Shown: in pieces, positions 37,430 through 47,257 of the stretch
How the letters are laid out: every line of letters starts with the position of its first letter
Position numbering within the stretch: the first letter of the stretch is position 1
NCBI GenBank assembly: GCA_030427255.1
Contig: JAUHWY010000018.1
Coordinates: forward strand, 2,359-66,358
Direction of reading: 5' to 3'
Origin: Bacteroidia bacterium
GTDB taxonomy: Bacteria > Bacteroidota > Bacteroidia > CAIKAF01
DNA length: 64,000 nucleotides
Translations under genes and position numbers: made by a program
Notes under the pieces: generated by a model
Databases searched by the model: none
Told to the model about the DNA's origin: nothing
What the model saw: only the letters and a program-made list of their open reading frames with translations

Positions 37430-38529
37430 TCTTTTCTACTATGATTCAATCTACGCTGCTTGTCCTTTTGTTGTTTGCTCTTATTAGTGCGGGTGTATCG
37501 CTTTTTATTAATGCATTATTGCTTAAGTTTTCTACCAATTTGGGCACCCGAAACACCGCAGGCTTGGTGCGTTGGTCAAGTCAGGTAAAGCCTTCTGTAG
37601 GTGGAATTTCCTTTTTTATTATTTTCCTCATGTCGCTGGTCTTTGGGCTTATTTATACCCCGGACCTTCAGTCAAACCTGCCTTTGCTGGGATTTTCCGC
37701 AGCCGTAGGCCTTGGTTTTCTCATTGGCCTGGCCGACGATGCCTACAATACCAAACCTCTCCTAAAATTCTCCGGCCAAGTGGCCTGTGGAATTATTCTC
37801 ATTGCCTCAGGCATTACCATTGACCTTTTCCCCCAAAAGGGCTTCGATGAGGCACTAACTTTGTTGTGGACAGTCGGCATTATGAACTCCGTAAATATGC
37901 TCGACAATATGGATGGAATTACCGCCTCCACCTCGCTTTCCATCACCGGAGGACTCACCCTAATGCATTTGGTGCAACCGGAGGCTCCAATGAGTGTGTT
38001 TTTTGTGCTGCTTCTAGGGGTTTCAGCCGGTTTGGCAGGCTTTTTGTACTACAATTGGAACCCAAGCCGAATGTTCATGGGCGACACCGGCAGCCAATTT
38101 CTGGGCGTGTTCCTGGCGGGAATGTCCGTTATTTACCTTTGGAACGGACAGTGGGTGCCGGGAGCCAATGGTGCATTCACTCAAGAACCGTTGCGTGCCT
38201 TTCTTTTGGTGTGGCTGTTTTTCTTAGTCCCCATTGCCGACACCACCACCGTGTCCATCAACCGCTTAATGAAAGGCAAGTCGCCCTTTGTTGGCGGACG
38301 CGACCACACCACCCATCATTTGGTTTACCTTGGACTAAAAGATAGACACGTGGCTTCTTTATTGCTGCTTATTTCCCTCGCCGGAGCTATGCTTGCTATT
38401 TGGTTTATTTTACCTGCTCCACAGCTCAATTTGTGGCACTTAATTATTGGATTTGGCCTTTGTTTGCTAAGTCTCATTGGCCTGTACAGCACCACTTGGC
38501 TGGCTAAGGCTCCCGAGCCGAAAAAATGA
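37426..38529 (+). CDS. Undecaprenyl-phosphate sugar-1-phosphate transferase (MraY/WecA family)
   Basis: DDxxN (LADDAYN) and NxxNxxDGIDGL-like (NSVNMLDNMDGI) motifs. Ten or more TM segments. Confidence 0.8.
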   Translation: MIFSTMIQSTLLVLLLFALISAGVSLFINALLLKFSTNLGTRNTAGLVRWSSQVKPSVGGISFFIIFLMSLVFGLIYTPDLQSNLPLLGFSAAVGLGFLIGLADDAYNTKPLLKFSGQVACGIILIASGITIDLFPQKGFDEALTLLWTVGIMNSVNMLDNMDGITASTSLSITGGLTLMHLVQPEAPMSVFFVLLLGVSAGLAGFLYYNWNPSRMFMGDTGSQFLGVFLAGMSVIYLWNGQWVPGANGAFTQEPLRAFLLVWLFFLVPIADTTTVSINRLMKGKSPFVGGRDHTTHHLVYLGLKDRHVASLLLLISLAGAMLAIWFILPAPQLNLWHLIIGFGLCLLSLIGLYSTTWLAKAPEPKK

Positions 38530-38890
38530 TGTTTTTTTTGGGCGCCTTTTGGGGCCCTCGCTGCAAGTCCTCGGCTTGGGCGCACGGAGCGCTAAGGCTT
38601 GCGGGGGCTCCGCAAAGCTCCGCCTCCACAGCCCAAGCGCTCCGGCGCCCAAGCCTCCGGGCTTTCCGCATCGGTCCCCGGCGCAGAATCTCTATACTTT
38701 GGTAGACCATCTAAACCTTAGGGTTTAGTACATTCCAAAGAATGGCCCCCCGGCCCGGGTGGACGCCCACGCTGCGGCAGGCCTTAGGTTCGGCCCGGCC
38801 TTACTAGTGGAGCTTTGCGGAACTCAGTAAGGCCGGATTGCCGACCTTAGGCCTGCCGCAGTGAGGCTGGAACCAGGGGCCGATAGATGC
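38527..38890. repeat. Two tandem GC-rich palindromic core elements
   Basis: T8-GGGCGCC start. Inverted repeat GGCTTGGGCGCACGGAGCGCT ... AGCGCTCCGGCGCCCAAGCC. Second module begins CAAAGAATGGCCCCCCGGCC, as at 10667. GTGGAGCTTTGCGGAAC is shared with 52830 and 58290. Confidence 0.6.
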
Positions 38891-38994
38891 AAAAAATGCG
38901 CTTATGGAATAGGGCCCAAAAAACCGCTTTTCGTGTAAGAGCAGCAGCCATTTCAGTCTAAAAATTAGCTTATTTCCCCTAACTTCGTGCGGCT

Positions 38995-41883
38995 TTGGCC
39001 TATCCTAAACAAAGAGGCCTCTATAGCGGTTATCGACGCATGAGCAGCAAACAAAGCTATATCGAAATTCAGGGAGCACGCGAGAACAACCTCCGCGACC
39101 TGGATTTAAACATTCCCAGAGGGGCATTGGTCGTTATTACCGGGCTTTCGGGTAGTGGTAAATCTTCGCTCGCGTTCGATACCATCTATGCCGAAGGCCA
39201 ACGCCGGTACATCGAAAGTTTTTCGGCTTATGCCCGGCAGTTTTTGGGAGGCATGGAACGCCCCGATGTAGACAGCATTCGTGGCTTAAGTCCTGTAGTT
39301 AGCATTGAGCAAAAAACCACCAATAAAAATCCGCGGTCTACCGTGGGCACCATCACCGAAATCTATGATTTTCTGCGGCTTTTGTATGCCCGGGCAGGGG
39401 AGGCTTTTTCTTACGTTACCGGGGAGCCAATGGTTCGTTATTCCGACGACCAAATCATAGATACCCTGCTCCGCGATTACCAAGGCCTGGACTTGCATCT
39501 GTTGGCGCCGCTGGTAAAAGGCCGCAAAGGCCACTACCGTGAGCTGTTTGAGCGCACGGCCAAAAACGGTTACCTTAAAGTTCGTGTCGACGGCGAAATC
39601 CGTGAAATTACCCACGGCATGAAGTTGGACCGTTATAAGGTACACGATATTGAGGTTTTGGTAGATACCATAAGCATGCGCGAAGGTCAGTTAGACCGCC
39701 TTCGTCGTTCTGCAGCAACCGCCCTTAAAATGGGTAAAGGAAGTTTGTTGGTGCAGGCCCGCGGAGCAGAGGAAGCCCGGCATTTTAGCCGCCACCTTAT
39801 GTGTCCCACCTCCGGCATTTCCTACGAAGAGCCGGCCCCCAATTTATTCTCTTTCAATAGTCCTTACGGCGCATGCCCCAACTGCAATGGCTTGGGCACC
39901 GTATTGGAAATTGATCGGGAAAAAATATTTCCTGACCCCTCCTTATCCATTAAAAAGGGAGGCGTGGCTCCTTTGGGCACCTTTAAGAACAATTGGATTT
40001 TTAGGCAATTGGAACTGTTGGGCAAGGCCATGGGCTTTGATTTAACTACTCCTGTTGGCGAGCTGGACGAGGAAGTGATTTCGGCCTTACTGCAAGGCAC
40101 TTCGGAATCCATATCCTTTAGAACCAAAGAGTCGGGCGTGTTGCAAACCGTAGATTTTGAAGGAATCGGCGTGTTTATTCAGCAACAAGCAGAAGAAGCC
40201 CAAAGCAAGCGGCTTAACCGCTGGGCTCAAGGCTTTATGCAGCGCAAAGCCTGTCCCGAATGCGAAGGGAGTCGCCTTAAGAAAGAGGCCATGTATTTTA
40301 GGATGGAGGGCTACAACATCGCAGAATTGGCTGCTCTAGACCTAAAGACCTTGCAACAGCTCTTGGAGGGCATGGAAGACCGCTTACCGCCCATGCGCAA
40401 AGCAGTGGCTACCGAGGTGCTTAAAGAAGTGCGGAAGCGTTTGGGCTTTTTGTTGGATGTGGGCTTGGCTTATTTGAGCCTGGACAGGCCTGCGCGAAGT
40501 TTGTCCGGAGGCGAAGCGCAGCGTATCCGTTTGGCTACTCAAATTGGAGCTCAACTGGTAGGGGTCTTGTATATTTTAGATGAGCCTTCTATTGGTCTGC
40601 ACCAAAGGGACAACGACCGTTTGATTGAAGCCCTGAAAAAGCTCCGTGATGGCGGAAACTCGGTGTTGGTTGTGGAGCATGACAAGGACATGATGTTGGC
40701 TTCCGACTATTTGATAGACATTGGACCCGGAGCCGGGCAGCATGGGGGCCGTGTTATGGCCGAGGGTACGGTAGAGGCTTTTCTTCAGCAGCAGAGCCAA
40801 ACCGCCAAGTACCTTTCGGGTGCTTTAGAAATTGCGGTGCCTAAAAGCCGCCGCAAGGGCAATGGAAAGTATTTGGAGTTGTTGGGAGCCACTGGTCATA
40901 ACCTTAAGTCCGTTGACCTTAAACTTCCTTTGGGCATGTTGGTATGCGTTACCGGAGTCTCGGGCAGTGGTAAGTCTTCTTTAATTAACGAGACATTATA
41001 TCCTTTACTGGCGGGAGAGCTGCACCGTGCGGAGCTGGTTCCCCTGCCTTATACCAAGCTCAAGGGCACTAAGTCCATAGATAAGGTTATTCGTATAGAT
41101 CAAAGTCCAATTGGCCGCACACCAAGATCGAATCCGGCTACGTATACCGGAGTATTTTCGGACATACGCAACCTGTTTGCCCTTTTGCCTGAAGCAAAGA
41201 TTCGGGGCTATAAACCCGGGCGTTTCTCATTTAATGTAAAAGGAGGGCGATGCGAAACTTGCGGCGGTGCAGGTTTGCGGGTAATTGAGATGAACTTTCT
41301 GCCCGATGTGGAGGTGACTTGCGAAACTTGCTTAGGTAAACGCTACAACAGAGAAACCTTAGAAGTGCGCTACAAAGGCCACAGCATTGCTGATGTTTTG
41401 AACCTTACCATTGAGCAGGCCGTAGATTTCTTTTCTTCCATTCCGGTAATCACCCGAAAAATTGGAGTGCTCAATGAAATTGGACTGGGCTATTTAACCT
41501 TAGGGCAAAGTTCCACCACCTTATCCGGTGGAGAGGCTCAGCGGGTTAAGTTGGCTTCAGAGCTCAACCGAACCGATACCGGAAAAACCCTTTATATTTT
41601 GGATGAGCCCACCACCGGTTTGCATTTTGAAGACATCCGAATGTTGTTGGATGTACTCAACAAACTGGTAGATAAAGGGAATACCGTGTTGGTTATTGAG
41701 CACAATATGGATGTAATTAAATCTGCCGACCACCTGATAGACTTAGGTCCAGAGGGCGGCAAAGAGGGAGGACAAATTTTGTTTTCAGGACTTCCCGAAG
41801 CATTGGCAAAAATCCCTGAAAACCATACCGGCCGCTTTTTGGCCAAAGAATTAATCATGCACAAAAACGTAGAACAAGTATGA
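38995..41883 (+). CDS. uvrA: Excinuclease ABC subunit A
   Basis: Two ABC ATPase modules (GLSGSGKSSLAFDT and GVSGSGKSSLINET). Zinc-finger cysteines. The start is probably MSSKQSY at 39042. Confidence 0.9.
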   Translation: MAYPKQRGLYSGYRRMSSKQSYIEIQGARENNLRDLDLNIPRGALVVITGLSGSGKSSLAFDTIYAEGQRRYIESFSAYARQFLGGMERPDVDSIRGLSPVVSIEQKTTNKNPRSTVGTITEIYDFLRLLYARAGEAFSYVTGEPMVRYSDDQIIDTLLRDYQGLDLHLLAPLVKGRKGHYRELFERTAKNGYLKVRVDGEIREITHGMKLDRYKVHDIEVLVDTISMREGQLDRLRRSAATALKMGKGSLLVQARGAEEARHFSRHLMCPTSGISYEEPAPNLFSFNSPYGACPNCNGLGTVLEIDREKIFPDPSLSIKKGGVAPLGTFKNNWIFRQLELLGKAMGFDLTTPVGELDEEVISALLQGTSESISFRTKESGVLQTVDFEGIGVFIQQQAEEAQSKRLNRWAQGFMQRKACPECEGSRLKKEAMYFRMEGYNIAELAALDLKTLQQLLEGMEDRLPPMRKAVATEVLKEVRKRLGFLLDVGLAYLSLDRPARSLSGGEAQRIRLATQIGAQLVGVLYILDEPSIGLHQRDNDRLIEALKKLRDGGNSVLVVEHDKDMMLASDYLIDIGPGAGQHGGRVMAEGTVEAFLQQQSQTAKYLSGALEIAVPKSRRKGNGKYLELLGATGHNLKSVDLKLPLGMLVCVTGVSGSGKSSLINETLYPLLAGELHRAELVPLPYTKLKGTKSIDKVIRIDQSPIGRTPRSNPATYTGVFSDIRNLFALLPEAKIRGYKPGRFSFNVKGGRCETCGGAGLRVIEMNFLPDVEVTCETCLGKRYNRETLEVRYKGHSIADVLNLTIEQAVDFFSSIPVITRKIGVLNEIGLGYLTLGQSSTTLSGGEAQRVKLASELNRTDTGKTLYILDEPTTGLHFEDIRMLLDVLNKLVDKGNTVLVIEHNMDVIKSADHLIDLGPEGGKEGGQILFSGLPEALAKIPENHTGRFLAKELIMHKNVEQV

Positions 41884-42614
41884 GTCAAGACATGGAACAG
41901 TACGCCAAATCCGGCGAAGAAAAAATCAAAGAAGCCTTTAAAGAAAAAGACTGGGTAGAAATCAGAACCAATGACTCTTGGGCCCTGTTTAAAATTATGG
42001 GCGAGTTTGTAGAGGGCTACGAAAAAATGAGCCGTATTGGCCCTTGCGTAAGTATTTTTGGTTCGGCACGTACCAAGCCCGACAACCCCTACTACCAACT
42101 TGGGGTAGATGTGGCCTACAAGCTTACCCAACAAGGTTTTGGAATCATTACAGGTGGCGGACCGGGCATTATGGAAGCTGGAAATAAGGGCGCCAAAGCC
42201 GGCGGAGGAAAGTCGGTAGGACTGAATATTGAACTTCCTTTTGAACAAGAACCTAACCCCTTTATTGATCCGGACAAGAATTTGGATTTTGATTACTTTT
42301 TTGTTCGAAAAGTAATGTTTGTTAAGTACTCTCAAGGCTTTGTGGTTTTGCCCGGTGGCTTTGGTACCCTCGATGAACTTTTTGAGTCGCTTACCTTAAT
42401 CCAAACCTATAAGATTGGGAAGTTTCCCATTGTTTTGGTGGGTTCATCTTACTGGTCCGGTTTGGTAGATTGGATGAAAGATGCCGTTTTGGCTCAGGAG
42501 AAAAACATCAATCCTCAAGACTTAGATTTGTTTAAAGTGGTAGATACCGCCGACGATGCGGTAAAAATCATTGTGGATTTCTATAGTCAGTATTCGCTTA
42601 AGCCAAACTTCTAA
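41880..42614 (+). CDS. LOG family protein (TIGR00730 Rossmann-fold nucleotide-binding; cytokinin riboside 5-prime-monophosphate phosphoribohydrolase-like)
   Basis: GGGPGIMEA and PGGFGTLDELFE motifs. Confidence 0.75.
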   Translation: MSQDMEQYAKSGEEKIKEAFKEKDWVEIRTNDSWALFKIMGEFVEGYEKMSRIGPCVSIFGSARTKPDNPYYQLGVDVAYKLTQQGFGIITGGGPGIMEAGNKGAKAGGGKSVGLNIELPFEQEPNPFIDPDKNLDFDYFFVRKVMFVKYSQGFVVLPGGFGTLDELFESLTLIQTYKIGKFPIVLVGSSYWSGLVDWMKDAVLAQEKNINPQDLDLFKVVDTADDAVKIIVDFYSQYSLKPNF

Positions 42615-42633
42615 ACAATGTATTGGGGTTTAA

Positions 42634-42670
42634 GGGGTTAAAACAAGTTTTTAACCCCTTTTTCTTTTTG
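42634..42670 (+). terminator. Rho-independent terminator (GGGGTTAAAACAAGTTTTTAACCCC followed by a T-run)
   Basis: Perfect 9-bp stem followed by TTTTTCTTTTT, just downstream of the LOG gene. Confidence 0.6.
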
Positions 42671-42726
42671 AGGTGTTTCCTTTTGTGCATTTTTCGTAAA
42701 TTAGATGTACTCAAAATGGATAACTT

Positions 42727-43443
42727 ATGGAAACATGGATTGCCCCTGGCATAAAGTCATGGGCAGAAGATGAGCGCCCCCGCGAAAAGTTATTGAGTAA
42801 AGGCAAACAACAATTAAGCAATGCCGAGCTGTTGGCAATTTTAATCGGTTCGGGAAAAAAAGGTAGAACGGCTTTGGATGTGGCTCGCGATGTGTTGCAA
42901 TTGGCCGGTCACAATTTGCATGAGTTGGCACGAATGGATGGACACCAATTAAGTAAGGTGCCAGGAATAGGTCCTGCCCGTGCCGTTGCTTTGATGGCCG
43001 CCTTAGAGTTGAGCAACCGTAGAATCCATGAAGCCACTCCAAAGCCTAAAAAAATAGGTTCGAGTAGGGATGCTTCGGAAGTCTTAGCTCCCTTGCTACG
43101 CGACTTGCCTCATGAAGAGTTTTGGGTGCTATTTCTCTCCCAAGCCAACAAAGTGAGAACCGTGCAGCGCATTAGCCAAGGAGGCATTGCAGGTACTCTT
43201 GCCGACCTGCGGTTGATTTTTAGATTGGCCATAGAACATTTTGCCACCGGTATTATTTTGTGCCATAACCACCCCAGCGGAAATTTAAAACCCAGTCAAG
43301 CCGACCTTAGGCTAACCCGAAAAATTGTACAAGCGGGCCAGCTTATGGATGTGGCGGTTTTAGACCATTTGATTATTGCCGGAGATGCGTATTTCTCTTT
43401 CGCCGACGAAGGGCGCATGCCAAGTGTTGGGGTAGTGCCCTAA
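42727..43443 (+). CDS. radC: RadC-family JAB-domain protein
   Basis: HhH N-terminal region. JAMM-like HNHPSGNLKPSQADLRLT. Confidence 0.8.
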   Translation: METWIAPGIKSWAEDERPREKLLSKGKQQLSNAELLAILIGSGKKGRTALDVARDVLQLAGHNLHELARMDGHQLSKVPGIGPARAVALMAALELSNRRIHEATPKPKKIGSSRDASEVLAPLLRDLPHEEFWVLFLSQANKVRTVQRISQGGIAGTLADLRLIFRLAIEHFATGIILCHNHPSGNLKPSQADLRLTRKIVQAGQLMDVAVLDHLIIAGDAYFSFADEGRMPSVGVVP

Positions 43444-43565
43444 CCTTTTGGCAAAGCTGTGGTGCCTACTTTTGGCTTGCAGGGCCTTTTTTTCTGTTTT
43501 GGCCGGCTCAGTTTCTATTGTGCTTCTTTAAAGCATAGCTTTAGGGAATTGGCTAATATTGCACC

Positions 43566-44699
43566 ATGGCTTCTGTACCCTCTATTGTAGTTTTTGCCGG
43601 AACCAGACCGCAGCTCATTAAAAGTGCCGCCCTGTTTCATGCCTGGCAAGATGGTTTTCAAGACCTCTGTCGTCTTGCATGGGTACATACCGGCCAACAT
43701 TACGACGCCAATATGTCTGAGGTGTTTTTGGAGGAGTTGGAATTGCCTAAACCTTTGGCTCATTTTGACTTAGATAAGTCTCTCGATGCCTTAGGACAAA
43801 TGGCGCAAATGATGCAATCTGCTAAGGCTTGGCTAAGTGCCCACAAGCCTTCGGTTGTGCTCGTCTTTGGCGATACCAACAGCACCTTGGCAGCCGCATT
43901 GGCGGCGGTACGAGAAAAAATACCTGTGGCCCATGTAGAAGCAGGTTTGCGTTCAGGGGATTTTGCCATGCCTGAGGAGCAAAACAGAATTATCACCGAC
44001 CGGCTTAGTCGGTGGTTGTTTGTAAGCTCGGAGCAGGAAATGCAGCAGCTAAACCGGGAGGGAGTACCTCAAGAAAGCGGCAATTTGCAACCCGAAATTC
44101 ATGTGACCGGCGACATTATGGCCGATTTGTGCCTTGCTTGGCAAAAAAAGGAAGATCAGCGCCAAGCCGTTTTGGAAGGGTATGGTCTCCGGGAAGGAGA
44201 ATACTTGCTGGCTACCCTGCATCGTGATTTCAATACCGCAGCTAAGGATTCCATTTTGAGTCATTTTCAATCGCTCCAGGCCTTAGCAGAACGTATGCAC
44301 CTACGCATGCTTGTGTTTGTTCACCCGCGTGTGGCCAAGCTTTTGCCCCTAGACGATGAGGCCTTACAAGGCTTTTCTTTTTTGAGTTTTTGTTCTCCTG
44401 CATCCTATGGAACCATGCAACATTTATTGGCAGGTTGCAGGGCTTTGTGTACCGATTCGGGCGGTTTGCAAAAGGAAGGAGCCTGGCATCAAAAGCCCGT
44501 AATTGTTTTACGGCCTTCTACGGAGTGGAAAGCCTTAGTAGAACATTCGTTTTGTTGGGTCAACGGCCCCGGCATATTACGCCTTGAGCCTGCCTTAGAC
44601 TTTATTCACAATTACCGTTCGGTAGGTTTTCCTACCTTTTATGGAGAAGGACAATCTGCAGCGCGAATATTACATTACCTTTTGCATCCTAAAACGTAG
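43566..44699 (+). CDS. wecB: UDP-N-acetylglucosamine 2-epimerase (non-hydrolysing)
   Basis: VFAGTRPQLIKSAAL N-terminus. HVEAGLRSGD motif. Confidence 0.8.
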   Translation: MASVPSIVVFAGTRPQLIKSAALFHAWQDGFQDLCRLAWVHTGQHYDANMSEVFLEELELPKPLAHFDLDKSLDALGQMAQMMQSAKAWLSAHKPSVVLVFGDTNSTLAAALAAVREKIPVAHVEAGLRSGDFAMPEEQNRIITDRLSRWLFVSSEQEMQQLNREGVPQESGNLQPEIHVTGDIMADLCLAWQKKEDQRQAVLEGYGLREGEYLLATLHRDFNTAAKDSILSHFQSLQALAERMHLRMLVFVHPRVAKLLPLDDEALQGFSFLSFCSPASYGTMQHLLAGCRALCTDSGGLQKEGAWHQKPVIVLRPSTEWKALVEHSFCWVNGPGILRLEPALDFIHNYRSVGFPTFYGEGQSAARILHYLLHPKT

Positions 44700-44705
44700 A
44701 CCTGT

Positions 44706-44993
44706 ATGGAATTGAAGGAAATAGAAGCACTATTAGAAAAGGTTCAGGGAGAAGTAGCAGACCTTATGGAGGGAGCGTCCTATCAGGATTGGGATAAAGA
44801 CGAAAAATGGCAGTTCATGCTGCAATTGGAAGAGCAGTTAGGCGATATGCCCTGGGCAATTGAGCTGCCTTTTGAACCCGGATTTAGCGAAAAGGGTTTT
44901 CCCGAGTACATAAAAACTACCAAAGACATGGCCAGTCATTTGCTAAACATGCTTCAGGAGAGCAAGCGCAAGGCTAAAAGGGCAGAGGACTAA
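44706..44993 (+). CDS. Hypothetical protein
   Basis: 95-aa acidic ORF. No motif. Convergent with the Hpt gene. Confidence 0.35.
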   Translation: MELKEIEALLEKVQGEVADLMEGASYQDWDKDEKWQFMLQLEEQLGDMPWAIELPFEPGFSEKGFPEYIKTTKDMASHLLNMLQESKRKAKRAED

Positions 44994-45391
44994 AGCGTGT
45001 CTTGGTTAAGCTTTTCGGTGAGCTTGGTTTTACCGGCTTCCAAGCCGTCAATGAATTTTTGGAGTTCTTGGCTAGGAAAATGCCCGGACCTCAGAGCGCT
45101 TTCCAAAAAAATACACAATTCCCTTTCCTCTTTCATATCCATATAGTTTAAAGAGGATTTGAGCCGGTGGCATGTTTTTGCTAAGGTGTCGCTATCCTTT
45201 GCTTCAAAGGCAGCTTTAAATTCCGGCAAGTCGTTATTCAGTTGCCGAATAAAACTATCGATCATGCGGCGCATAAACACTTGGTCGCCGTTACTTACCT
45301 CCCGTAGTAATTGAAATGTTGAAGCTTGGTCCATAATGCTATCACGAGCAAAAGTAACAACGGAAGGCAAGACTGGTTCAGTTTTGGGCAT
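44990..45391 (-). CDS. Hpt (histidine phosphotransfer) domain protein
   Basis: Four-helix Hpt-like sequence with phospho-His motif HRLKSS. It lies directly downstream of the response regulator on the same strand. Confidence 0.65.
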   Translation of the reverse strand: MPKTEPVLPSVVTFARDSIMDQASTFQLLREVSNGDQVFMRRMIDSFIRQLNNDLPEFKAAFEAKDSDTLAKTCHRLKSSLNYMDMKEERELCIFLESALRSGHFPSQELQKFIDGLEAGKTKLTEKLNQDTL

Positions 45392-45409
45392 TCAAAGCTG
45401 CTTTTCGCC

Positions 45410-46774
45410 TTATTTGGCTTTTTTCCTGTCGTTTTTGAGCATGTTATAGATGGTGCTCTTAGATATCCCTAGCTTGTCGGCTACCAACAATACCTTTTGG
45501 TCGTACTTGTCCAAATAGAAATTTATGATGTCTCGCGTGTAGTCTTCCAAACGTTTTTCTTCTTGCAAAAATCCGGTTTGGTTTTTTTGCACTTTATGGA
45601 TAATAATATCCTTGTCCGAAATCACCTCGGAATTGCTTACCACGCAGGCCAGTTCAATCATTGCCTTTAGTTCGCGCACGTTACCCGGAAAGCTGTATTT
45701 TTTAAGCTTCACCATGGCCTCATCGCTGAGGGTTTTTACCGGCCGGTTGTTTTGGGTGGCATATTGCTTTAAGAAAAAGCCGGTTAGAATGGGCAAATCC
45801 TCTAAACGGTCCCTTAGCGCAGGTAAGGCAATAATTAGCCCAAGCATGGAATAATATAAATCTTCCCTAAAGATTCCTTCTTTAACCAGTTCCTCAAGGT
45901 TTTTGGTAGTGGAAAAAAGAAAGCGTAAATCAATGGGGATGGTTTTGGTTCCCCCCACCCGCGTTAAGGTTTTGTTTTGAATGGCTTGCAAAAGGCGTCC
46001 TTGAACAGCCAAGGGTAAATCGCAAATTTCATCAAGAAGCAAGGTGCCTCCCTGCGCCTGTTCCAAAAGCCCCGGCCTAGAGACGGGCGACTTAGGATCA
46101 GGCCCCGGTTTTTCGGAACCAAACAAGGTTTCTTCAATGTCTTTTTCGGGAACACCGGTAATGTTTACCTGAACAAAGGGTTGCGCTTTTCTGGACGATC
46201 TAAAATGAATGGCTCTAGCCACCAGTTCTTTACCTGTGCCTGTCTCTCCGGTTATGGTAACATGGATTTGTGTGTCTGCGGCTTTTTGAACCAAATTGGC
46301 CACTTCTTGCATGGCAGCTCCTTGGCCAACCAAGCTTTTGGAAGGGTTCAATTGCTCGCCAAGCTGCTTACGTAAATCTCGGTTCTCTTTTTCCAAGGCA
46401 GTTGCTTTGGAAATGTTATTTACAACCTTCCAAAGTCTTTCTTTGGTGTCGTCGTCTTTTACAATATAATCGTAGGCACCTTCTTTGAGCAGCGTTACTG
46501 CCGTTTTAATGTCTTCTTGTCCCGATATTATAATGACCTTTTGCTCCGGATTGTAGGCTAAAATTTTTTCTAAGGCCAAACTACCCGGCATGTCCGGTAA
46601 TCGATAATCCAGCGTAATTAGGTCCGGATTCAGGTGCAAATAATCCAAGCACTCTCCTGCCGATTGGAATTTAGTAATAGAGTTTGCGGGAGACATTCCT
46701 AAATAGTACTCCAAAAACTCTCCATACCAAGGATCGTCCTCAACTATAAATATGGTTAATCCTCCTTGTACCAT
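45410..46774 (-). CDS. Sigma-54-dependent response regulator (NtrC family: REC, AAA+, Fis-type HTH)
   Basis: REC domain with the conserved Asp (IFIVEDD...D). Walker A GETGTGKE. ESELFGH-like and GAFTGA-region AAA+ motifs. C-terminal HTH. Confidence 0.85.
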   Translation of the reverse strand: MVQGGLTIFIVEDDPWYGEFLEYYLGMSPANSITKFQSAGECLDYLHLNPDLITLDYRLPDMPGSLALEKILAYNPEQKVIIISGQEDIKTAVTLLKEGAYDYIVKDDDTKERLWKVVNNISKATALEKENRDLRKQLGEQLNPSKSLVGQGAAMQEVANLVQKAADTQIHVTITGETGTGKELVARAIHFRSSRKAQPFVQVNITGVPEKDIEETLFGSEKPGPDPKSPVSRPGLLEQAQGGTLLLDEICDLPLAVQGRLLQAIQNKTLTRVGGTKTIPIDLRFLFSTTKNLEELVKEGIFREDLYYSMLGLIIALPALRDRLEDLPILTGFFLKQYATQNNRPVKTLSDEAMVKLKKYSFPGNVRELKAMIELACVVSNSEVISDKDIIIHKVQKNQTGFLQEEKRLEDYTRDIINFYLDKYDQKVLLVADKLGISKSTIYNMLKNDRKKAK

Positions 46775-47147
46775 AAATCAAAAGTGCCTAATAGCGTATG
46801 TATTGTTTAGAGGACAAATACCAAACTTAGTAAACCGAGCCCATCCAAAATGCTGCATTACACCCATGTTGTCTTAAGTTTGACTTTCACTCCATGTCTC
46901 AAAAATACACTACCCGTTAGGATTTCCAAAATTTAGAAATTATTAAACTTTGTCCTCCCTTTTGTTTTACTTTTGGCTGTGGTCATAATCATCAGAAAAT
47001 CAATATGCTATTTTTTTAGTCTTGGTTTTTTGTGGCATTATTTAATTTTATTTATTGATAAATTGCTCCAATTTATGGAAAATGGGATGCCTAGTCTATC
47101 GGCTTATCCCGTGTCCGTCATTTTTTGATTTTTTTGACTTTGAGCCC

Positions 47148-47222
47148 CTTGATGCCTTGTGTTTTTAAGCCAAGCATCCTAGCCCAAACCTAAAGATAGA
47201 ATCGCCACCAGAATAGCAGCGA
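47148..47222. repeat. Diverged or deleted copy of the MITE found at 3133-3277
   Basis: CTTGATGCCTTGTGTTTTTAAGCC matches the left end GTTGACGCGTTGTGTTTTCAAGG. CGCCACCAGAATAGCAGCGAGCCAAC matches the right end CGCCGCCAGAATAGCAACGCGTCAAC. Confidence 0.5.
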
Positions 47223-47257
47223 GCCAACATTCTCCTTTTGGTGCAGATTCCAGGGCT

